From the NCBI GenBank assembly GCA_965215185.1, contig OZ244034.1, positions 2,272,001-2,336,000 of the forward strand: a DNA stretch of 64,000 bases, given 5' to 3'. This document shows, in pieces, positions 8,942-18,378 of the stretch. This stretch comes from Acidimicrobiia bacterium (GTDB taxonomy: Bacteria; Actinomycetota; Acidimicrobiia; Spongiisociales; ZC4RG35). The notes below the pieces were generated by a model. The model saw only the letters and a list, made by a program, of their open reading frames with translations. It searched no databases and was not told the DNA's origin. A program made the translations under genes and the position numbers. Numbering within the stretch: the first letter of the stretch is position 1; the number at the start of each line of letters is the position of its first letter.

Positions 8942-10942
8942 ATGCACACCTATAAGAAACCGGGCTTCGCCAGGCTGTTAGCCCTGGCAGCGGTTCTCGC
9001 CCTGGTGGCGGCCGCCTGCGGAGACGACGCTGACGCCCCCGACACCACGGCCGCAGCCACACCGCAAACCACGGCCGCAGCCACACCGCAAACCACGGCC
9101 GCTGACGCCCCCGACACACCCGAAGCGATGGAGCCGATGGAGCCGTTGCGGATTGCGATCGTTGCGCCGAGCGCTTCCAATGACTTGGCGTTCACACAGA
9201 GCATCGTGGATGCGGTGAACGTGATCGTGGCCGAACATCCGGGTACCGAGGTGGCCATCACCGACGGGACCTTCATAGTTGACGACGCGGCTGCCGCGAT
9301 TCGTGGTTACGCCCAGGACGGGTATGACCTGGTAATCGCGCACGGTTCCCAGTACGGAGGCCCGTTGGAGGAGATCGCCGCAGATTTCCCCGATACCGCT
9401 TTCGCGTGGGGAACTTCTTCTGACACCTTCGGCCTGTCCAACGTCAGCGCCTACACCGCGGCTTCCGACCAGGGCGGCTACGTGATGGGTGTGATCGCGG
9501 CGGGACTCTCGAATTCGGGAGTGATCGGCGTGGTCGGTCCCATCGAAGTGGGCGACGCCAAGCTGTATGTGGACGGTTTCCACAACGGCGCGGTGGCCTC
9601 TGGTGATGTGACCGTCAACATCAACTACATCGGTTCGTTCAGCGACGTGGCTTTGGCTTCCGAAGCAGCGCAGGCGCATGTGGCGTCCGGCGCGGACGTG
9701 CTGACCGGCTCTGCCCAGATGGTGGTCGGAGCGGTGGGCGTCGCCCAAGCCAACGGAGCGTTGTGGTTCGGTACCCAGGCCAACCAGACCGACCTGGCGC
9801 CCAGCCAGGTAGTGGCATCCCAGGTGTACAAGTGGGAAGTGGTCCTACGCCAGATCCTGGCCGACCACTCCGCAGGAACACTGGGCGGCAAATCCTATGA
9901 GATCGACCTGGCCAACGGCGGCCTGGTAATCGAATACAACGACGGATTCAGCCTCCCCGCCGACCTACGCGCCGCAGCCGACAACGCCGCCGCCGGAATC
10001 ATCAGCGGCGCCGTCAACACCATGGACGCGATGCCGATGGAGCCGATGGAGCCGTTGCGGATTGCGATCGTTGCGCCGAGCGCTTCCAATGACTTGGCGT
10101 TCACACAGAGCATCGTGGATGCGGTGAACGTGATCGTGGCCGAACATCCGGGTACCGAGGTGGCCATCACCGACGGGACCTTCATAGTTGACGACGCGGC
10201 TGCCGCGATTCGTGGTTACGCCCAGGACGGGTATGACCTGGTAATCGCCCACGGTTCCCAGTACGGAGGCCCGTTGGAGGAGATCGCCGCAGATTTCCCC
10301 GATACCGCTTTCGCGTGGGGAACTTCTTCTGACACCTTCGGCCTGTCCAACGTCAGCGCCTACACCGCCGCTTCCGACCAAGGTGGCTACGTGATGGGCG
10401 TGGTGGCCGCCTTGCTGTCCCAGTCGGGAGTGATCGGTGTGGTCGGTCCCATCGAAGTGGGCGACGCCAAGCTGTACGTGGACGGTTTCCACAACGGCGC
10501 AGTCGCCACCGGTGATGTGACCGTCAACATCAACTACATCGGCTCGTTCAGTGATGTGGCTTTGGCTTCCGAAGCAGCGCAGGCGCATGTGGCGTCCGGC
10601 GCGGACGTGCTGACCGGCTCTGCCCAGATGGTGGTCGGAGCGGTGGGCGTCGCCCAAGCCAACGGAGCGTTGTGGTTCGGTACCCAGGCCAACCAGACCG
10701 ACCTGGCGCCCAGCCAGGTAGTGGCATCCCAGGTGTACAAGTGGGAAGTGGTCCTACGCCAGATCCTGGCCGACCACTCCGCAGGAACACTGGGCGGCAA
10801 GGCCTACGAGATCAACCTCGCCAACGGCGGACTGGTTTTGGAACCCAACCCGGCATTCGATATACCCCCGCAGATGTTGACTCAGGTTGCCACCGTGGTT
10901 CAGGGAATCATCGACGGCACCATCGATACCGGCGCCAACTAA
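8942..10942 (+). CDS. BMP-family nucleoside-binding lipoprotein with two tandem BMP domains
   Basis: Lipobox VAAACG and Thr/Ala linker, then two copies of a BMP domain (NDLAFTQS, GYDLVIAHGSQY, YIGSFSD, GADVL). Confidence 0.9.
   Translation: MHTYKKPGFARLLALAAVLALVAAACGDDADAPDTTAAATPQTTAAATPQTTAADAPDTPEAMEPMEPLRIAIVAPSASNDLAFTQSIVDAVNVIVAEHPGTEVAITDGTFIVDDAAAAIRGYAQDGYDLVIAHGSQYGGPLEEIAADFPDTAFAWGTSSDTFGLSNVSAYTAASDQGGYVMGVIAAGLSNSGVIGVVGPIEVGDAKLYVDGFHNGAVASGDVTVNINYIGSFSDVALASEAAQAHVASGADVLTGSAQMVVGAVGVAQANGALWFGTQANQTDLAPSQVVASQVYKWEVVLRQILADHSAGTLGGKSYEIDLANGGLVIEYNDGFSLPADLRAAADNAAAGIISGAVNTMDAMPMEPMEPLRIAIVAPSASNDLAFTQSIVDAVNVIVAEHPGTEVAITDGTFIVDDAAAAIRGYAQDGYDLVIAHGSQYGGPLEEIAADFPDTAFAWGTSSDTFGLSNVSAYTAASDQGGYVMGVVAALLSQSGVIGVVGPIEVGDAKLYVDGFHNGAVATGDVTVNINYIGSFSDVALASEAAQAHVASGADVLTGSAQMVVGAVGVAQANGALWFGTQANQTDLAPSQVVASQVYKWEVVLRQILADHSAGTLGGKAYEINLANGGLVLEPNPAFDIPPQMLTQVATVVQGIIDGTIDTGAN
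9044..9102 (+). repeat. 24-bp tandem repeat (about 2.5 copies) encoding the TTAAATPQ linker
   Basis: ACCACGGCCGCAGCCACACCGCAA x2 plus a partial third copy. Confidence 0.9.
9128..10836 (+). repeat. Intragenic direct repeat of about 800 bp, period 909 bp (9128-9927 vs 10037-10836)
   Basis: Long identical DNA blocks. Antisense ORFs 9625..9891 and 10534..10800 have identical translations. Confidence 0.95.
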
Positions 10943-10977
10943 CTCAATAGACAAAGGACCAACAAGGTGATAAAACG

Positions 10978-12498
10978 ATGACGCAACTCCTGGAGATGCG
11001 GGGAATCGTTAAGCGCTTTCCCGGCGTGGTGGCCAATGATCAAATTGATTTTGACCTGCGCGCCGGGGAGGTGCACACCCTGCTGGGAGAAAACGGCGCC
11101 GGCAAAAGCACCTTGATGAAGATCCTGTATGGGCTGTATCAGCCTGACGAAGGAGAGATGTTCATCGAAGGGTCGCCTACTCAGATCACCAGCCCCATCG
11201 ACGCCATCAACCATGGTATAGGGATGGTCCACCAACATTTCATGCTGGTGCCATCCCTCACCGTAACCGAGAACGTGGCGATGGGCGCCGTCACATCAAA
11301 GAGGGGACGCATGAATCTGCGGAAGGTCGCTGACCGGATTAACGAGCTGTCGGAGTCCCATGGTCTGGCAGTGGACCCCGACGCTCACATCTGGCAACTG
11401 TCCGTGGGAGAGCGCCAAAGGGTGGAAATCATCAAGGCCCTCTACCGCGACGTCAAAATGCTGGTGCTGGACGAACCCACCGCGGTGCTGACCCCCGGCG
11501 AGGTGGAACACCTCTTCACAATCCTTCGGCAGATGGCCGCAGGCGGACGGGGATTGGTGTTTATCTCCCACAAGCTCCACGAGGTGCTGGCCCTCAGTGA
11601 CCGGGTCACCGTGCTTCGGCACGGGAAGGTGATGGGCGAAGTCCCGGCCAAGGACGCCACCCGCGAAAACCTGGCTTCGATGATGGTGGGCCGTCCGGTT
11701 CGCCTAGCGCCTGACAAACCGCCGCTGGAACGGGGTAAGGCCCGTTTGACCATCCGCGACCTGACCGTCATGGGTGACCGGGGCATCCCGAGCCTGGAGG
11801 ACCTGAACCTCACGGTGCACGAAGGTGAGATTCTGGGGATCGCCGGCGTGTCCGGCAATGGCCAACGCGAATTGGCTGAAGCCATCGCCGGGCTGCGGGC
11901 GCCGCGTTCGGGCACCATTGAAGTGGACGACGTTGATGTCACAGGCCAGAAGCCCGCGGCGGTAAGAGCTGCTGGATTGGCGTATGTTCCCGAAGAACGC
12001 CAACGCGACGGCGCTATCGGAGCGTTCACCGTCTCCGAAAACCTGATTCTGGTGAACCACCGCCATGTCCCCCTGAGCCGCCGGGGATTCCTTCGCAACA
12101 GAGAAATCCGTCAACACAGCCAGGAGTTGGTTGACCAATATTCGGTGGCCACCCCCAACTTGGAAGTCCCGGCGTCTAACCTTTCGGGAGGCAACCTCCA
12201 AAAATTGATCTTGGCCCGGGAGCTTTCGGGGTCTCCCTCGGTGCTGGTGGCTTCCCAGCCCACCCGGGGAGTGGATATCGGTGCCGCCGAATACATCCAC
12301 GACCGGCTCATCGAGCAACGAGGCTCCAAATCGGTGGCCATCCTGCTGATCTCAGAGGATCTGGATGAAGTCTTGGGATTGGCCGACCGGATCGCGGTCA
12401 TCTACGAGGGGCGAATCGTGGGAGAGGTCGATGCGAAAAGCGCCGACCGACAGCAAATTGGCCTGTTGATGGCCGGGGTTTCTACCGCGGTGGCCTGA
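10978..12498 (+). CDS. Nucleoside ABC transporter ATP-binding protein (two NBDs)
   Basis: GENGAGKS Walker A, LSVGERQRVEI, LDEPT, GVSGNGQ, LSGGNLQK and QPTRGVD. Confidence 0.93.
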   Translation: MTQLLEMRGIVKRFPGVVANDQIDFDLRAGEVHTLLGENGAGKSTLMKILYGLYQPDEGEMFIEGSPTQITSPIDAINHGIGMVHQHFMLVPSLTVTENVAMGAVTSKRGRMNLRKVADRINELSESHGLAVDPDAHIWQLSVGERQRVEIIKALYRDVKMLVLDEPTAVLTPGEVEHLFTILRQMAAGGRGLVFISHKLHEVLALSDRVTVLRHGKVMGEVPAKDATRENLASMMVGRPVRLAPDKPPLERGKARLTIRDLTVMGDRGIPSLEDLNLTVHEGEILGIAGVSGNGQRELAEAIAGLRAPRSGTIEVDDVDVTGQKPAAVRAAGLAYVPEERQRDGAIGAFTVSENLILVNHRHVPLSRRGFLRNREIRQHSQELVDQYSVATPNLEVPASNLSGGNLQKLILARELSGSPSVLVASQPTRGVDIGAAEYIHDRLIEQRGSKSVAILLISEDLDEVLGLADRIAVIYEGRIVGEVDAKSADRQQIGLLMAGVSTAVA

Positions 12499-12541
12499 CC
12501 GCCTTGTTCTAGTTGATTATCAGCAGCAGAGGAGACATTCC

Positions 12542-13387
12542 ATGTCCAACCAAGTCGTAACCGCCGCTCTGGTCCAGTCGGAGTGGACCGGAGACTCCGA
12601 ATCCATGGTGGAGAAAAATATGGGGTACGCCCGGGAAGCGGCCGAGCGGGGAGCGCAGGTGCTTTGCTTCCAGGAAGTTTTCAACAGCCCCTATTTCTGC
12701 GCCGTCCAGGACAGTGACAACTACTCTTACGCCGAACCCATTCCCGACGGTCCGACCATCCGAGGCATGATCTCCCTGGCCAAGGAGACCGGGATGGTGC
12801 TGGTGGTTCCCATCTACGAGGTGGAGGATGAGGGAACCTTTTACAACACCGCGGCTGTGATAGACGCCGACGGGACCTATCTGGGAAAATACCGCAAGAC
12901 CCACATCCCCCAGGTGAAAGGTTTCTGGGAAAAGTTCTACTTCCGTCCCGGCAACCTGGGGTATCCGGTGTTCGACACCGCAGTGGGAAGGATCGGGGTG
13001 TACATTTGCTATGACCGTCACTTCCCCGAGGGATGGCGGGTGCTGGGTTTGAAAGGCGCCCGGATCGTGTTCAACCCCTCCGCCACCACTCGCGGCCACT
13101 CCAAGCATCTTTGGCAGTTGGAGCAGCCGGCCGCGGCCGTGGCGAACGAGTACTACGTGGGGGCTATCAACAGGGTTGGGGCAGAAGACCTGGAGGGAAC
13201 CGACTACTACGGTTCCTCATATTTTGCCAATCCCCGTGGAGAGATCGTGGGCGAAACCGCCTCGGACACCGAAGACGAGGTTCTGGTGCGCCAACTCGAC
13301 CTGGGACTGGTGGAGGAGGTCCGGCGCTACTGGGCCTTCTACCGAGACCGTCGGCCGGAGGTTTACGAAACGGTCGCCGCTCTCTAA
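12542..13387 (+). CDS. Beta-ureidopropionase-like carbon-nitrogen hydrolase (nitrilase family)
   Basis: CFQEVF, YRKTHIPQVKGFWEKFYFRPGN, ICYDRHFPEGWR and FNPSAT. Confidence 0.85.
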   Translation: MSNQVVTAALVQSEWTGDSESMVEKNMGYAREAAERGAQVLCFQEVFNSPYFCAVQDSDNYSYAEPIPDGPTIRGMISLAKETGMVLVVPIYEVEDEGTFYNTAAVIDADGTYLGKYRKTHIPQVKGFWEKFYFRPGNLGYPVFDTAVGRIGVYICYDRHFPEGWRVLGLKGARIVFNPSATTRGHSKHLWQLEQPAAAVANEYYVGAINRVGAEDLEGTDYYGSSYFANPRGEIVGETASDTEDEVLVRQLDLGLVEEVRRYWAFYRDRRPEVYETVAAL

Positions 13388-13870
13388 AGAAAGGGCAACG
13401 AGGAAGAGGGAAGTGCCGGGCTCACCTGCAATTCGGTTCTCTTCATACGGGCGTAGTTGGCCTTGATCTTGAGGATGGTGGACTGAAAGACTTCCTGCTC
13501 TTCTGGGGTGATCCCTTCCGTGAGCTTTTTCTCAAACGCCGTCGCCCGGCCTTGAAGTTCCGTGAGCACCCTCTCTCCCTCTTCGGTCAAACGCAGATGG
13601 ACCACGCGCTGGTCTATCGGCGAACGTATTTTGTGCAGTAGGCCGCCCTGGACAAGATTATTTACGAGACGGGTTGGTTGGGTAGAGCCGGGCCAACTGT
13701 GCACCAGTCCACTCGTCCCTTGCCAGGGAAGCCCGGAGAACCGCGAACTTCCAGGGTTTTGTGGACCCTATTTCATCCGATATTGCCCCGTACAACTGGT
13801 TCATAAGGCTCCCAACAGAACCCAGCAATTCTAGGGTTGGTGGGCACTCCGGGACATCCTGCTCGCTCAA
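13384..13870 (-). pseudogene. MarR-family regulator, frameshifted near 13660-13672
   Basis: The N-half (13658..13870) and C-half (13384..13704) align in two frames to the neighbouring MarR (…YPTNPSR / LVNNLVQGGLLHKIRSPIDQRVVHLRLT). The ISR segment is missing. Confidence 0.8.
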
Positions 13871-14250
13871 CTTTGGCTCCTTATCGTCACATCGCCACGA
13901 TTGCTATGTTCTCTTAAATAGGTAGCTCTATCGTGCTCTGCCCTCAGAGTCACTGTCGAGCAAAACAGTGAGGCCAAGCGTTCGGGCTTCACTTTGTTGA
14001 GTGGTGGGTTTCCCTTATGACCAACCGCCATGACATACCCGACATTTGGCGCCTTTGGCCTTTTGGCCATTTGGACCACCCAAACAGAGTCCGCTCACCT
14101 CACCCGGACCGGTTCCAAAAAACCGGTGTGGAGATGGTTAGGAAAGACCACCTCGGGTACCAGAGATGAGACAGCAACGCGCTGACCCAACCTGAAAGCG
14201 GGAAAAAGTGTGTCCTGTCGAGCCTTCTACCGCGACCGCCGACCGCACGT

Positions 14251-14742
14251 CTACAAAGAGATCGCCGACATCTGAGAGAAGGATTGCTCTGAGGAAGGAA
14301 CTTCCGGGCCGCGTTCGTGTATGACCGTCTCGTAGTTGGCTTTCATCTTGCGCATCGTGTTCAGGAAGCCAATCAGTTCTTCATAGGAGATATCTTTTGT
14401 GATGATGGCTCCCAGGGAAATCACCCTTCCACAAAGCTCCCTGACTGTGTCTTTTCCTTCATCGGTCAGACGCAGTTTCACCACCCGCTGGTCGCTGGGC
14501 AAGCGCACTTTGCTGATCAAGCCCTTTTTGACCAACTTGTTCATCACCCGACTGATGCGGGAGGGATCGGTTGGATACGCCCGCGCCAGTTGCGTAACAG
14601 CCCATTCCTCTTTAGCAAAAAATGCTCGCAGAATCGCAAACTCCCAGAGCTTGAAAGGCGCTATTTCGTCCTCTACAGCCGCGTAGAGGCGATTCACCAA
14701 CCCTTCCGCAGATGCCAGCAAGTCCCGAGAAGTCCCGGCCAC
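14251..14742 (-). CDS. MarR-family transcriptional regulator
   Basis: TQLARAYPTDPSRISRVMNKLVKKGLI..DQRVVKLRLTDEG winged HTH. Confidence 0.85.
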   Translation of the reverse strand: MAGTSRDLLASAEGLVNRLYAAVEDEIAPFKLWEFAILRAFFAKEEWAVTQLARAYPTDPSRISRVMNKLVKKGLISKVRLPSDQRVVKLRLTDEGKDTVRELCGRVISLGAIITKDISYEELIGFLNTMRKMKANYETVIHERGPEVPSSEQSFSQMSAISL

Positions 14743-15014
14743 CCGAGGAACATCTCCTCCCAGGTCCGATTCTTACCTCACTACCTTAGACAAGGGAAAA
14801 CGAGTTTAGGTATATGAACTCCAATCTGTCAATCGGGCTGCTTGGCGGACGACCAGACAGAGAAGGGATCGCTGCCCATTTCCGCCACCTACCCGCGCTA
14901 TACACCGGCGTGGCCTCGCCACTCTCGGCGGGAAAACCCCACATCGCTATAGGGGACTTTGGCGGTTCTTCCTTGGGGGGGGGCGGGCGCCGCTCTTTGT
15001 GGCCGCGGTGGTTT

Positions 15015-16061
15015 CTAAGTCCCATCCTTATCAGTTGTCTGATCGGCCCTCACCCACACGGTACGTTGCGGGAATGGTATCTCAATACCAGCCTCGTCCA
15101 ACGCCTCCTTTAGGCGACCACGTAGCTCCCGGGCGGTGGCCCACTGCTCACCCGGTTCTGTCCTGACCATCAGTCGAATCGCTATAGAGCTCTCGCCGAG
15201 GCTTTGGACGCCAGCCATTGTGGGCTCCGCGATGATTGTGGCATTCGGCAATTGCTGACGCCACACCTCGTCGGCCACTTGCTTGATCACAGCCATCGCC
15301 GCCTTGATATCTGTGTCGTACGCCACCTCGATATCCAGCACCGCCTGTCCCCAGTCCTGCGACAGGTTGGCTACCCGCCGGATCTCTCCGTTGGGTATGT
15401 GCCATAGCGTTCCCCGAATGTCCCGGACTTGCGTCGTGCGAAGGTTCACTTCTTCCACCACCCCAACCATGTCACCGAGGTCCACGACATCGCCGACTCC
15501 GTACTGGTCCTCCAGTAACATAAACACCCCTGACAGGAAGTCCTTAACGAGACTCTGTGCGCCAAAGCCAATCGCCACGCCCACTATGCCGGCGCCGGCT
15601 ATAAGGGGTCCCAGGTTCACGTCGAACTCTCCGAGGGACATCATCACGGCCATGCCGTAGATGACCATCGACATGATCGATCGGAGTACTGCTCCAAGTG
15701 TTCTGGTCCGCTGACTGCTCCGTTCCTGACGCTCGACCATCAGCCTGGCCCGGCGGACTGCCGCTTCACGCAAACCCTCGACCCGACTGGAAGCCTCATC
15801 CGACTTCTGCCGGGCTTTCTCGGCCACCCCCGAACGCCGGTCCACCCAACCCTCCACGGCTTGGTCCAGCCACCGCCGTCCGACCCGGTTGATCATCCAG
15901 GCCACCAGAAGAATGATCACGACCTTGATCGGGCGGGCCGCGAAATCAGAGATACGCGCCGCGCTGGTGTTACCGGTCAGATCGAAAACCAGGCTGCACG
16001 CAACCCCCGGATCGGCACCGCACGCGTCGGTCACCGTCTGTGCAATCATCACCAAAGACAT
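15015..16061 (-). CDS. mscS: Small-conductance mechanosensitive channel (MscS family)
   Basis: AGIVGVAIGFGAQSLVKDFLSG, EDQYGVGD, GTLWHIPNGEI and GIEIPFPQR. Confidence 0.9.
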   Translation of the reverse strand: MSLVMIAQTVTDACGADPGVACSLVFDLTGNTSAARISDFAARPIKVVIILLVAWMINRVGRRWLDQAVEGWVDRRSGVAEKARQKSDEASSRVEGLREAAVRRARLMVERQERSSQRTRTLGAVLRSIMSMVIYGMAVMMSLGEFDVNLGPLIAGAGIVGVAIGFGAQSLVKDFLSGVFMLLEDQYGVGDVVDLGDMVGVVEEVNLRTTQVRDIRGTLWHIPNGEIRRVANLSQDWGQAVLDIEVAYDTDIKAAMAVIKQVADEVWRQQLPNATIIAEPTMAGVQSLGESSIAIRLMVRTEPGEQWATARELRGRLKEALDEAGIEIPFPQRTVWVRADQTTDKDGT

Positions 16062-16177
16062 AGCATTATCCTGACCATTCCCTACCTCAGTCTATTGTGG
16101 CCATCCAAAGCAGCAGCTCACCGACCCAAGGAGAGCAGCCTACGTAGCAGAATTGGTCGGGTACACAGGAGGGCGCA

Positions 16178-16846
16178 ATGAAATTCGTCAACCGGTCCCA
16201 CGCCGGACGAAGACTGGCCCACCTCCTTGACCACGTGCGTGGTGAGCCTGCCGTAGTGCTCGGCCTGCCTCGGGGAGGCATCCCGGTGGGTTTCGAGGTG
16301 GCGCTCCGACTATCGGCGCCTTTGGAAGTACTCCTGGTGCGGAAACTCGGCGTTCCCTTCCAACCCGAGCTCGCCTTCGGCGCACTCGGTGAAGGTGGGA
16401 TACGGATCATCGACGAGGACCGGGTAACACGACTTGGCATTACCCCCGAACAAGTAGACCGTATAGAGCAGCGTGAGCGCCAGGAGATAGCCCGGCAGGC
16501 GAAGTTATACCGGCAAGGCCGTGCAGCCGCCGATCTGAGTATGAAAACCGCGGTGATCGTTGACGACGGGATCGCCACCGGCTCCACCGCCCTAGCCGCC
16601 TGCTCCATCGCCCGCCGCCTTGGCGCTGAGCGGATAATCATGGCCACGCCGGTCGCCCCCCGTAACGCTCCCGCTATCTTCAAGGACGCCGCCGACGAGT
16701 TCGTATCCCTTTCGATCCCGCGACGATTCGCCGCTATAGGTTTCTTCTATACCGATTTCCGACCCACGTCGGACCGTGAAGTGATTGAGCTTCTCGAACG
16801 CGCCCGGAATGGCTTTTCCGGTGACTCCGGGGACACGGTGGATTGA
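16178..16846 (+). CDS. Phosphoribosyltransferase-family protein
   Basis: VLGLPRGG, VRKLGVP..PELAFGA and the PRPP motif VIVDDGIATGST. Confidence 0.88.
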   Translation: MKFVNRSHAGRRLAHLLDHVRGEPAVVLGLPRGGIPVGFEVALRLSAPLEVLLVRKLGVPFQPELAFGALGEGGIRIIDEDRVTRLGITPEQVDRIEQRERQEIARQAKLYRQGRAAADLSMKTAVIVDDGIATGSTALAACSIARRLGAERIIMATPVAPRNAPAIFKDAADEFVSLSIPRRFAAIGFFYTDFRPTSDREVIELLERARNGFSGDSGDTVD

Positions 16847-16937
16847 AACGCCGCGCAGATCAGGTATGCGCATCCCTGAAGGTGATCGATCCCGCCGCCG
16901 CCCGGCGAAGGCTGACCCCACTCTCCCACCAGAGCAG

Positions 16938-18224
16938 CTATTCCAGAATGTGAACCCGTTTGGCCTTACCGGCCTCCTGACGGGGAAGTTGCCCCGGATC
17001 ACTGACCGTCACCTCCACCCGAAGTCGCAAAGTCTCCAACAGTCTTCTTTCCAAACGCTCGGCAATCGCCTCCCGCCGGTTTGACAAGTCAGGGTATCGC
17101 ATTTCCACCTTGGCCTCGATCTCGGTAAGCACCCGGCGCCTGTCCACGTAGATGGCGAACTGACCTCCCAAATCGGGATCCTCGAGCAACACCGCCTCGA
17201 TCTCCCGGGGATACACATTGACTCCTCGCACAATCAGCATGTCGTCGACGCGACCATGAAGCCGATCTATACACCGAAACGGCAGTCGCCCCACCGGAGG
17301 CATTAGTCGGGTGATATCACCTGTGCGGTACCGGATCACCGGCTGCGCCTGCTTGGTGAGGGTGGTGAGCACCAGCTCCCCTACCTCACCATCGGGGAGG
17401 CTTCCGCCGGTGGATGGATCAATGATTTCCGGATAGAAGTGATCTTCCATAATTATCAAGTGGCCCTGGTGTTCACTCCACTCAGCAGCCACGCCCGGAC
17501 CGATGATTTCTGACAGGCCATAGATGTCACAGGCGCTGAACTCTCCACCCCATGCTTCCTCTATCTTCCGACGCATGCCTTCCGACCAAGGTTCGGCGCC
17601 ATGAATACCCCAGCGAAGGGCGATTGACTCCAATACCCCCTGTTCGGCGGCGCGCTCGGCAAGCAATAGGGAGTAGGAAGGCGTACAGGCCAAACCGGTG
17701 GCGCCCAGATCGGCCAGCATCTGCACCTGAAAGCCTGAGTTGCCGCCCGACGCCGGAATGGCGGTAGCGCCCAGAGCCTCCACTCCGTAGTGAAGACCCA
17801 GACCCCCGGTGAAGAGGCCATATCCGTAGGCAACATGCACCACCGACTCCGAGGTGGCACCCGCCAGAGCGAGGGCGCGGGCGTTCACCTCCGCGAACAT
17901 GCGCACGTCGGAGGCCGTGTAGGCACCAATGGTCGGCTTGCCCGAAGTCCCCGAAGAAGCATGGACCCGCACAACTTCCTCCATGGGCACCGCCAGCATC
18001 CCGGTGGGGTATGTTTGTCGGAACTCAGCCTTGGTGGTCATCGGCAACTGTTGCAGATCGTCCAAAGACCGTACGGCATCCGTGTTGGCCAGTTTGTTGA
18101 TCCAAAAGGGGGTGTCAACCCTTTGGAGACGCCCCACCATCGCCCCCAGCCTGTCCGACTGGCTTCTACGCAACTCCTGCTGGGCAATCGAGAAAAAGTC
18201 CGATGGATAGATTCTCCTCCCCAT
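16938..18224 (-). CDS. paaK: Phenylacetate-CoA ligase-like
   Basis: HASSGTSGKP, YGYGLFTGGLG, DIYGLSE, IRYRTGD and GRVDDMLIVRGVNVYP. Confidence 0.88.
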   Translation of the reverse strand: MGRRIYPSDFFSIAQQELRRSQSDRLGAMVGRLQRVDTPFWINKLANTDAVRSLDDLQQLPMTTKAEFRQTYPTGMLAVPMEEVVRVHASSGTSGKPTIGAYTASDVRMFAEVNARALALAGATSESVVHVAYGYGLFTGGLGLHYGVEALGATAIPASGGNSGFQVQMLADLGATGLACTPSYSLLLAERAAEQGVLESIALRWGIHGAEPWSEGMRRKIEEAWGGEFSACDIYGLSEIIGPGVAAEWSEHQGHLIIMEDHFYPEIIDPSTGGSLPDGEVGELVLTTLTKQAQPVIRYRTGDITRLMPPVGRLPFRCIDRLHGRVDDMLIVRGVNVYPREIEAVLLEDPDLGGQFAIYVDRRRVLTEIEAKVEMRYPDLSNRREAIAERLERRLLETLRLRVEVTVSDPGQLPRQEAGKAKRVHILE

Positions 18225-18378
18225 ATTGTGTTGCTCCTCGTTTCCTGGGCCGGTGGTCCTCTGTGATTATGGCTAGGTTTGCTTGGCGCTGGTCCTGCAA
18301 ACCCTCGGTTACGACGGGGCGGCGCCTAAGCCGCGGTTACCATTCTCTTGCGTAGCAAACCCCACGGAGGAGTCTGTC

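Noticed and set aside
9044-9102. Short tandem repeats (also 56274-56321) as CRISPR-like arrays
   Set aside because: In-frame coding linker repeats without spacers; no cas genes.
13867-14079. 70-aa ORF upstream of the MarR pseudogene
   Set aside because: No recognisable motif or convincing RBS; probably promoter/intergenic DNA.
14975-14983. G9 homopolymer between mscS and marR as a phase-variation tract
   Set aside because: Intergenic, far from an identifiable promoter, and no evidence of length variation.
18290-18345. GCAAACC...CCTAAG...GGTTACC resembling a c-di-GMP-I riboswitch upstream of the DegT gene
   Set aside because: Lacks the GNRA loop and GACGCAAAG core, and the second stem is too short. 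An Infernal/Rfam scan would settle it.
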